A DNA stretch of 64,000 bases from Vicinamibacterales bacterium. GTDB taxonomy: Bacteria > Acidobacteriota > Vicinamibacteria > Vicinamibacterales > UBA8438. Location of the stretch: the NCBI GenBank assembly GCA_965221595.1, contig OZ244900.1, positions 2,918,687 through 2,982,686 on the forward strand. The letters are read 5' to 3'. The position numbers and the translations under genes are program-made. Under the pieces are notes generated by a model. That model ran no database searches and was not told where the DNA came from. It saw only the letters and a program-made list of their open reading frames with translations. Positions 18,761-26,412 of the stretch are shown piece after piece. The first letter of the stretch is position 1, and each line of letters starts with the position of its first letter.

Positions 18761-21700
18761 TCAGCCGGCGGTCAATTCCGTAGCGCGCTCGCGGATGAAG
18801 GCCGGAGGCCGCTCCAGGACCTCGACCACTGCGCCGGACAGCGCGCTGACACGCGCCCCCGGGGTGACGATACCGACCAGGTTGAGCGGATCGGCGGCGG
18901 ACAGGCGCAGGCTGTCGTCGGCCGCGGCCGGTCGCGGCGCGCGGCGCACGCTGCGCAGGACGTCGACGGCCTCGGGCCGCGCGAACTGCTCGCCGACGAA
19001 ACCGTCCACGAAGCGGCCGCCCCGGATCTCGCCCCGCGCCTCCAGCGTCCGCAGGGCCCGCAGCAGCTCCCGCCAGGGGGGCGCGAGCGCCTCGCGCGCG
19101 ATGAGGTCCCGGAACACGACGCCCCAGCGCGCGAGGAGCTGTCGAGCGAACGCCTCGACGCGCGTGCCGGCCGCCGCGCGGGATGGCGCCGCGGGCGCCG
19201 GCGGCGTCCGCAGCAGCGCCCAACGGCCGGCGGCGTGGCGCGGGCGCGCCGCCCGGAACCGGCCCTCGCCCCGGCGGCGTTTCGGATCGATCAGCGCGCG
19301 CAGGTTGTCGAAACCATCCGCCGTCACCAGGCCGGCCGCCGCCAGCTCCCACAGGCCATCCTCGACCTCGCTGGGCAGCCGTCCCGTGGCCCGCACCAGA
19401 TCGCGGAGAAACGAGGCGCCCAGCCCCGTCAGCTGCTCCAGCACGGCGCGGGCCGCATGGGAAAGCGCCGGCTGCCGGCCGCCGGTCGCGTCGACGTCCG
19501 GGACGAGCCAGCCCGCGTCCTCCCGCAGGAAGAAGGTCACGGGCGCCACCCGGGTCGGGCGCACGCGCCGACGGGCGCGCGGGCGGGCCGCCTCGTGTCC
19601 GCCCGGGGCGCCGGACGCGCCCACCTCGAACGCCGGATGCGGCGAGAGCCGCCCCCACATGACGTCTCCGGACAGACAGAGCCGATCGAGCAGCTCCGGA
19701 TCGTAATCGGCCACCCGTCGCGCCAGCACGTCGGGCTCCCAGGCCGCGGCCGAGGTCTCGTAACCCTGGAGTTGGCGCAACACCTGCAGCAGGCCCGCCG
19801 CGCCGTGCAGTTGCATGCGCGGTGCGACGTGCTGCCAACGGGCCAGGAAGCGAACGAAATCGGCCGCGCTGGCCGGCTCGATCTCGCGGCGGAGACGGCC
19901 CAGCGTCAGCCGGTGGATGCGGGCCAGCACGCGCCGGTTGCACCACTCGGTTTCGCCACCGGCACCGCCCGGCGTGAACTGCCCCCGCAGCACCTGCCCT
20001 TCCCCCTCGAGACGTGCCAGGCCGGCCTCGACCACGGGCAGCGGCAGCCCGAGGGCGTCCGCCAGCACGCTCGGTCGCTGCGGCCCGGACGACTCCAGCC
20101 ATCCGCGCAGCACCTCCGCGGCCGCGGCTTCGCGGCTGTCGGCGACCGGCTGGTCGATAGCGGGCACGTCGCAGGTGAGCGGACAGCCCGGGTGGAGCGC
20201 CTCCGCCAGGCGCTGGCGCTCGGTCGCCAGCCACAGCCGGCGGGAGCCGACGACGAGGGAGGTCGCACGCCGCGCCCGCTCCAATGTGTCGTACCACCCC
20301 TGCCAGGCGGCGACCGGCGGCGTGAGCGACAGCGTGAGCAGCGCGTCGTGGAGCTCGTCGGCGTCGCGCACCACGGGCCACGACTCGCGGGCCACCGCCG
20401 TGATTGCCGCGGCGTCCAGCGCGCCGACGTCGCGCGCGTCGCGGGGCAGGGTGCGGCGCAGTTGAACCGCCCGCGCCCGGCGCTCCTCGAGCGGCGCGTC
20501 GTCGAGAAAGGCGTACGGGTTGGCATTCAGGATCTCATGGCTGAAGACTGAAGGCTCGGCGGTCTCGATCGTCCGGGTGGCGATGCGGCCATCCTCGATG
20601 CCGGCAATCACCGCGCGCAGCCCGTCGAGATCCATGGCCTCGTGCAGGCAGTCGCGAATCGTCTCGTCGACCAGCGGATGGTGCGGTATGCGGATCTCAC
20701 CCGTCAGGTTCTCCTGACAGGCAACCTGGTCGGGAAAGACCGAGGCCAGCAAGTCATCCGACCGCATGCGCTGGATGGGCGGCGGCACCTTGCGACCGCC
20801 CGCGAACCGCAGTACGGCCAGGGCCCGCGAGGCGTTCCAGCGCCAGCGGGCGGCGAACATGGGCGCCGGCAGCATGGCCTGCGTCAGCACATCCGCGACG
20901 GTGCCGGGGGTCAGGAAGCGGTAGATCGCCTCGAGCGGGAAGCTGTGCTGCTCGGCCAGCGAGATGACGATACCGTTGTCGGTCGCCGCCGCCTGCAGTT
21001 CGAAGTTGAACGAGCGGCAGAACCGCTTGCGTAGCGCCAGGCCCCACGCGCGGTTGACCCGCGCGCCGAACGGGGCATGGATGACGAGCTGCATGCCCCC
21101 GCCTTCGTCGAAGAAGCGCTCTGCCACGACGGTCTGCGCCGTCGGCAGCGTCCCCAGGCCGGCCACCCCTGCCCGGACGTAGGCCACTGCCTGCTCCGCG
21201 CCGGCCGCGTCCAGGCCGCATTCGGCCTGCAGGAACGCCTCTGCCGGTCCGTGCCCTGCGCGCGGGGAAGCGCCGGATTCGCCCGCCAGCTCCACGATCC
21301 GGCCCCGCACCGCCGAGACCTCGGCGGACAGCTCCGGCGTGCGTCCGGGCGCTTCCCCGCGCCAGAACGGGATCGACGGCGCGGCACCACCCGCATCCTG
21401 CACCCGCACGCGGCCCGCCTCCACGCGCCGAATGCGCCATGACGTGGTGCCGAGCAGGAAGACGTCGCCTGCGAGACTCTCCACGGCGAAATCCTCGTCC
21501 ACCGTGCCGACGGTGGCGCCTTCGGGCTCGGCCACCACGAGGTAGTTGGCGTTCTCCGGAATCGCTCCGCCGGACGTCAGCGCCGCCAGCCGGCCGCCGC
21601 GCCGGCCGCGCAGCACGCGGTTGACCCGGTCGCGGTGGATGTAGGCCCCGTGCCGGCCGCGGTCGGTGGCTATCCCGTCGGAGAGCATGGCGACCACGTC

Positions 21701-23053
21701 GTCGAACTCGGACCTCGGCAGCCGCCGGTAGGGATACGCACCCCGCACCAGCTCGAACAGCGCATCTTCTTCCCACGGCTCGCAGGCAGTCGCCGCCACG
21801 AGCTGCTGCGCCAGGATGTCGCGCGGCCAGGCCGGTATCGACCGCCGGTCCAGCACACCGCGCCGTACGGCCCGCACCAAGGCCGCCGTCTCGAGCAGCT
21901 CGTCGCGTGTGGTCGGAAAGAAACGGCCCTTCGGTACATGTGACCGCTCGACCTTGTGCCCCGAGCGCCCGACGCGCTGCAGGGCCACGGCAATCGAGCG
22001 CGGGGAGCCGATCTGGCAGACCAGGTCTACCGCTCCGATGTCAATCCCCAGCTCGAGCGACGCCGTCGCCACCACCGCGCGGAGCCGGCCCGCCTTCAGC
22101 TCCGTCTCGGCCTGGTGGCGCAACTGATGGGAAAGGCTGCCATGATGCGCCAGCACCGCGTCGGTGCCGGCCCGCTCGGCCAGATGATGCGCCACGCGCT
22201 CGGCCAGGCGCCGCGTGTTGACGAAGATGAGCGTCGTGCGGTGCTCGGCCACGAGCTGCACGAGCCGATCGTAGATCTGCCCCCACATCTCGTTGGACGC
22301 CACCACCCCGAGGTCTTCCTCGGGAACCTCCACCGCCAGGTCGAGCTCGCGCCGATGACCCGCGTTGACGACCACCGGCTCGGCGGGCGCGGCGCCCTGC
22401 AGGAAGCGGGCGACCTCCGCGATGGGATTGACGGTGGCCGACAGACCGATCCGTTGCGGCCGGCTGCCGCCGGACCGGTGCACGAGACAGTCGAGCCGCT
22501 CCAGTGTCAGGGCCAGATGCGAGCCGCGTTTGTCGTCCACCGTGGCGTGGATTTCGTCGACAATCACGACCCGCGTGTGGCGCAGCGCGCGCCGACCGCG
22601 TTCGGCCGTCAGGAGAATGAAGAGCGACTCCGGCGTCGTGACCAGGACGTGGGGTGGCCGGCGCACCATCTGCTCGCGCTCCCGGCTCGGCGTATCGCCG
22701 GTGCGCACCGCGGTCCGGATGGGCGCCAGCGCTACGCCCTGCGCCTGTGCCAGCTCGGTGATCCCGGAGAGGGGCACGTCGAGGTTCTTGCGAATGTCCG
22801 TGCTCAGCGCCTTCAGCGGCGAGACGTAGACGACCTCCGTGCGGTCCGCCAGACCCGCCGGGCCGGCGGCGCGTCCGATCAGATCGTCGAGACAGATGAG
22901 GAACGCGGCCAGGGTCTTGCCCGAACCCGTCGGCGCGGCGATCAGCACGTCGCGCCCGGCGCGAATCTGCGGCCAGGCCGCGCGCTGCGGCTCGGTGGCC
23001 CCCGCGAAACGGCCGCTGAACCACGCGCCGGTCAGCGGATGGAATCCGTCCAT
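18761..23053 (-). CDS. lhr: Lhr-like large ATP-dependent DEAD/DEAH-box helicase
   Basis: About 1430 aa with Walker A APTGSGKTLAAF, DEIH box, and a long Lhr-type C-terminal extension. I prefer ATG at 23051-23053 (MDGFHPLTGAWF) to the track's TTG at 23080, which would read into a conserved noncoding repeat. Confidence 0.85.
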   Translation of the reverse strand: MDGFHPLTGAWFSGRFAGATEPQRAAWPQIRAGRDVLIAAPTGSGKTLAAFLICLDDLIGRAAGPAGLADRTEVVYVSPLKALSTDIRKNLDVPLSGITELAQAQGVALAPIRTAVRTGDTPSREREQMVRRPPHVLVTTPESLFILLTAERGRRALRHTRVVIVDEIHATVDDKRGSHLALTLERLDCLVHRSGGSRPQRIGLSATVNPIAEVARFLQGAAPAEPVVVNAGHRRELDLAVEVPEEDLGVVASNEMWGQIYDRLVQLVAEHRTTLIFVNTRRLAERVAHHLAERAGTDAVLAHHGSLSHQLRHQAETELKAGRLRAVVATASLELGIDIGAVDLVCQIGSPRSIAVALQRVGRSGHKVERSHVPKGRFFPTTRDELLETAALVRAVRRGVLDRRSIPAWPRDILAQQLVAATACEPWEEDALFELVRGAYPYRRLPRSEFDDVVAMLSDGIATDRGRHGAYIHRDRVNRVLRGRRGGRLAALTSGGAIPENANYLVVAEPEGATVGTVDEDFAVESLAGDVFLLGTTSWRIRRVEAGRVRVQDAGGAAPSIPFWRGEAPGRTPELSAEVSAVRGRIVELAGESGASPRAGHGPAEAFLQAECGLDAAGAEQAVAYVRAGVAGLGTLPTAQTVVAERFFDEGGGMQLVIHAPFGARVNRAWGLALRKRFCRSFNFELQAAATDNGIVISLAEQHSFPLEAIYRFLTPGTVADVLTQAMLPAPMFAARWRWNASRALAVLRFAGGRKVPPPIQRMRSDDLLASVFPDQVACQENLTGEIRIPHHPLVDETIRDCLHEAMDLDGLRAVIAGIEDGRIATRTIETAEPSVFSHEILNANPYAFLDDAPLEERRARAVQLRRTLPRDARDVGALDAAAITAVARESWPVVRDADELHDALLTLSLTPPVAAWQGWYDTLERARRATSLVVGSRRLWLATERQRLAEALHPGCPLTCDVPAIDQPVADSREAAAAEVLRGWLESSGPQRPSVLADALGLPLPVVEAGLARLEGEGQVLRGQFTPGGAGGETEWCNRRVLARIHRLTLGRLRREIEPASAADFVRFLARWQHVAPRMQLHGAAGLLQVLRQLQGYETSAAAWEPDVLARRVADYDPELLDRLCLSGDVMWGRLSPHPAFEVGASGAPGGHEAARPRARRRVRPTRVAPVTFFLREDAGWLVPDVDATGGRQPALSHAARAVLEQLTGLGASFLRDLVRATGRLPSEVEDGLWELAAAGLVTADGFDNLRALIDPKRRRGEGRFRAARPRHAAGRWALLRTPPAPAAPSRAAAGTRVEAFARQLLARWGVVFRDLIAREALAPPWRELLRALRTLEARGEIRGGRFVDGFVGEQFARPEAVDVLRSVRRAPRPAAADDSLRLSAADPLNLVGIVTPGARVSALSGAVVEVLERPPAFIRERATELTAG

Positions 23054-23064
23054 GCGCGCGGCTC

Positions 23065-23224
23065 GCAGCCCGTGGCGCAACCCCGCGTCGTACCGGGACA
23101 GGCGCTGTGACCGCCTGGCAAGGCGTGACGACGGAGCCTACGGGATATATTCGACCGCGGAGCAACGCAGTCAGGCGGGCTGCATCGTCCGTCGAATGCA
23201 GCAGGGATTCTTGCCACGGGCTGC
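23065..23224. repeat. Copy A of a ~160-nt structured intergenic element (12-bp terminal inverted repeat / closing stem)
   Basis: It aligns in the same orientation with 48673-48831, with about 134/160 positions identical by hand alignment. The ends GCAGCCCGTGGC and GCCACGGGCTGC are perfect reverse complements. Internal hairpins lie at 23086-23133 and 23179-23202. Confidence 0.75.
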
Positions 23225-23251
23225 TATTGTAGCGCCCGCTGGCGGCGGGCG

Positions 23252-24976
23252 TCAGCCGCGGCGGCCGCCGGCCTCGAACACCCGCTCGCACGCCTTCTGG
23301 AAGCGCTCGGCGAGACGCTGCCCCTCGGGTCCGGGAAGCTGGCCGAGTTTGCGCCGCTCCGCCTGCAGGCGCTTCACCTGCTCGATGGCGGCGCGGCGAC
23401 GGGCGCCCTCGTCGACTCGCGCCCCCATCAGGTTGTTGGCGAGCGCGTCGCGCCAGCGGGTGGCCAGTATCTGCGCCGGCGACTCCTCGGGCACGGTCTC
23501 CTCTTCGACAAGCGATTCGACGCGCTGGCAGAGATCGTCGAGCCGGGCAAGCTGTCGCGCCGGGTCGAGCTCGGTCCCGCGAAAGGCGGGCGGATAGGCC
23601 GCGACCACGCGGCTGACTGCCTGCCCGAAGCGGGCCGCGAGCCTGCGTCGCAAGGCGTGCGGCAATTCCGGAGCCTGACGCCACTGCTGCTGCACGTCCC
23701 GCACCTTCTCGGCCAGCCCCTGCGGGGGGTCGCTGGGAGGGTCGTCCACCGGCAGCAAGGCCTCGATCTCGCGGCACAGCGCCTCGCGCGCTTCCACCTT
23801 GTCGGCCGCGGCCTCGTGCTCCGCCGCCTGGGCGCGGCTGAAGACCGCGTCACAGGCAGTCCGGAACCGCTGCCAGACCGTCTCGGACCGCTTGCGCTGC
23901 ACGGCGCCGATCTGCTTCCAGTCGGCTTGCGCCTGCCGCGCCTGCGCGACCGCGTCCGCGATGTCGGTGACGGCCTCGAGCGCCTCGACACGTGCGATCA
24001 ACGCCTCCTTGCGCTCGAGGTTCCGGGACCACTCCTGCTTCCGTTTCGCGAGGTCGTCCTTGCGCCGGGCGAAGAACGCGCTGCAGGCGGCGCGGAACCG
24101 GTCCCAGGTCTCCTGCTGCCGGCGGCGCGGCACGGGACCGAGCTGCTTCCACTCGGCCTGGAGCTCGGTGATGCGTTGAACGGTCCTGAGCCAGTCGGTC
24201 GACGACGCGAGGCGCTCGGCTTCCTCGACGAGTGCGAGCCTGCGCGCGAGGTTGCGGTCGCGGTCGGCAGCCTGCCCGGCCAGGTATGTCCGGCACCGCT
24301 CGTAGACCTGCTCGTGGGCCGCCTCGAAGCGGGCGCGGAGCTGCTCGCCGCGAGCCTTCGGCACGTCGGCCGCCTGCCGCCAGCGGGCCATGATGTCCCG
24401 GTAGCGGGCGGCCAACTGCGCGTCGTCCTCGAGGCCGGCCAGCGCCTCGAGTTCGGTGCACAAGCCCTCCTGCACGCCCAGATTGGCCCAGCGCTGCCAG
24501 TCGGCGAAATCGCGCAGCTCGCGCACGCGGCCCAGCAGTGCGGTCTGCACGCGCCGCAACCGCCGGGCGAGCGCCGCGCGGGCGCGCCGCGGCGGGGCGG
24601 ATACCGCGGCGTCCGCGGCCTGCATCTCCTCCAGCGCCCGCCGGACCGCCCGCAGGTGCCGCTCCGCGACCGACAGCTCCAGCTTGTCCGAGGCCGCGGC
24701 GCCCTCGGCGGCGGCGCACAGCCGGCCGAGCTGGTCGACGTCGTCCCGCGTCCCGGCCGCGGCGGGCGGAGGCGTTTCCTCCGCAGGGGCAGCATCAGCG
24801 GCCGGGCTGTCGGCGGCGGAGACAGCCGGGGCCGCGGGCGCAGCCGGGGCCGCGCCGGGTGCGGCCGCGACGTGCTCCTCGACCGCCTCGGCGCCCTCCT
24901 CCGCTGCGGTTCCGTCGGCAGGGGGCGCCGGATCCTGGGGGTCCGGGTGCGCGTGCGGCTCGTCTAGCGGTTCCAT
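23252..24976 (-). CDS. DUF349 repeat protein with Ala/Pro-rich N-terminal region
   Basis: Repeated W(K/R)Q.G.VP....E.LW.RF..A helical DUF349 units (e.g. WKQLGPVPRRRQQETWDRFRAACSAFF). The start was set to ATG at 24976 (MEPLDEP), but the track start at 25084 is also possible. Confidence 0.65.
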   Translation of the reverse strand: MEPLDEPHAHPDPQDPAPPADGTAAEEGAEAVEEHVAAAPGAAPAAPAAPAVSAADSPAADAAPAEETPPPAAAGTRDDVDQLGRLCAAAEGAAASDKLELSVAERHLRAVRRALEEMQAADAAVSAPPRRARAALARRLRRVQTALLGRVRELRDFADWQRWANLGVQEGLCTELEALAGLEDDAQLAARYRDIMARWRQAADVPKARGEQLRARFEAAHEQVYERCRTYLAGQAADRDRNLARRLALVEEAERLASSTDWLRTVQRITELQAEWKQLGPVPRRRQQETWDRFRAACSAFFARRKDDLAKRKQEWSRNLERKEALIARVEALEAVTDIADAVAQARQAQADWKQIGAVQRKRSETVWQRFRTACDAVFSRAQAAEHEAAADKVEAREALCREIEALLPVDDPPSDPPQGLAEKVRDVQQQWRQAPELPHALRRRLAARFGQAVSRVVAAYPPAFRGTELDPARQLARLDDLCQRVESLVEEETVPEESPAQILATRWRDALANNLMGARVDEGARRRAAIEQVKRLQAERRKLGQLPGPEGQRLAERFQKACERVFEAGGRRG

Positions 24977-25195
24977 GTGGCTGCGGTGCGACCGAAGAAC
25001 CTCGGAAGAAACCTCGCTGGACAGGTTGGCAAAAGTTATGCATACTCGGGACCGAATTCGCACGTGGTCGCCGAAAGGACCCAAACCCGTGTATTACAAA
25101 GAGGATAGCCCGTTGCCACCGCTGCCGGAGCGGGACGGCAATCCCGATTATTGGATTTCCGGATCCCGCATTTTGGATGACAAGGAGAACACTTC

Positions 25196-25771
25196 ATGTC
25201 GCTTCGCATGCTGGTCGTCGCCGGAGCCGTCGTCATGACGCTGGGCGCCTCGGATTCCGTTGCGCAGACCAATCCGACGGTCGTCGTGGAGACGAGCCTC
25301 GGGAACATCACCATCGAGCTGTTCCGGGACCAGGCGCCCGTCACCGTCGCGAACTTCCTGCAGTACGCGAACGACGGCTTCTACGCCGGCACGGTCTTTC
25401 ACCGCGTCATCCAGCAGTTCATGATTCAGGGTGGCGGCCTGACGGCCGACCTGCAGCAGAAGCCCACACGCGATCCGATCCGCAACGAGGCGACCAACGG
25501 CCTCAGCAACGAGCGCGGCACGATTGCCATGGCCCGCACCAACGTCGTCGACAGCGCGACGGCACAGTTCTTCATCAATACGGTCAACAACGCGCGCAGC
25601 CTCGACAACACGGGCACCGACGCGCGCAGCTACGGCTACGCCGTGTTCGGCAGGGTGACCGACGGGATGGATGTCGTCGACCGGATCGCCGCCGTGCCCA
25701 CCGGCAGTCAGGGCCCGCACCGGGACGTTCCCATCGAGCCGGTCGTCATCAATGGCGTAAGCGTCAACTAG
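25196..25771 (+). CDS. Peptidyl-prolyl cis-trans isomerase, cyclophilin type, secreted
   Basis: 191-aa ORF with a signal peptide and motifs FHRVIQQFMIQGGG and NERGTIAMAR. AAGGAGA RBS upstream. Confidence 0.9.
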   Translation: MSLRMLVVAGAVVMTLGASDSVAQTNPTVVVETSLGNITIELFRDQAPVTVANFLQYANDGFYAGTVFHRVIQQFMIQGGGLTADLQQKPTRDPIRNEATNGLSNERGTIAMARTNVVDSATAQFFINTVNNARSLDNTGTDARSYGYAVFGRVTDGMDVVDRIAAVPTGSQGPHRDVPIEPVVINGVSVN

Positions 25772-25775
25772 GACC

Positions 25776-26381
25776 ATGCCGCGCAGCAGCCGGTTAACGT
25801 GCATCGTTCTGGTCGCAGCGCTGGCCGGCGCGGGCGCGGGCGCGACCGCGCGGGAGCGGCAGGAACCACCGCCCAATCCGCGGGTCGCGATCGAGACCAC
25901 CGCGGGCAACATCACCGTCGAGCTGTTCCCGCAGGACGCGCGCGTGACGGTCGTCAACTTCCTCACCTACGTGCAGGACGGGTTCTACACTGGGACCCTC
26001 TTCCATCGGGTCATTCGCGGCTTCATGATCCAGGGCGGCGGCTTCAACGCGGACCTGGAGCCCAAGACGGAGGGACTGCGCGGCGGCATCCTGAACGAGG
26101 CCACCAACGGCCTGCGGAACCGTCGCGGCACGCTCGCGATGGCCCGCACGGGCGACCCGAACTCGGCGCGAGCGCAGTTCTTCATCAACACCGTCGACAA
26201 CCGCAGCCTCGACCACCGGGAGCGGAGCGCCCGGGGCTTCGGCTACGCCGTATTCGGGCAGGTGGTCGACGGCATGGACGTCGTCGACCGGATCGAGCGC
26301 ACGCGCACGCACAGCCGGAACGGCCTCGACGACGTGCCCCGCGACCCGATCGTCATCATCCAGATTCGACGTCTCGACTGA
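25776..26381 (+). CDS. Peptidyl-prolyl cis-trans isomerase, cyclophilin type, secreted (tandem paralogue)
   Basis: 201-aa ORF with motifs FHRVIRGFMIQGGG and NRRGTLAMAR. Confidence 0.9.
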   Translation: MPRSSRLTCIVLVAALAGAGAGATARERQEPPPNPRVAIETTAGNITVELFPQDARVTVVNFLTYVQDGFYTGTLFHRVIRGFMIQGGGFNADLEPKTEGLRGGILNEATNGLRNRRGTLAMARTGDPNSARAQFFINTVDNRSLDHRERSARGFGYAVFGQVVDGMDVVDRIERTRTHSRNGLDDVPRDPIVIIQIRRLD

Positions 26382-26412
26382 GCCGGCGGCGACGCGGCCC
26401 GACCAGTCGTTC

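Noticed and set aside
23095-23125. Possible ZTP (pfl) riboswitch in repeat copy A, based on TGGCGCAAC ... CCGGGAC ... CCGCCTGGCA.
   Set aside because: Copy B lacks the CCGCCTGG pseudoknot motif at the same position. The rest of the ZTP consensus is not there, and the neighbouring genes (lhr, radical SAM) are not purine or folate genes.
23065-23224. The repeat element as 6S RNA or another housekeeping RNA (the paired ends and ~160-nt size are reminiscent).
   Set aside because: There are two diverged copies plus partial modules in one 64-kb window. I could trace no recognisable 6S central-bubble layout, and the usual genomic context is absent. I cannot formally exclude it without a covariance-model search.
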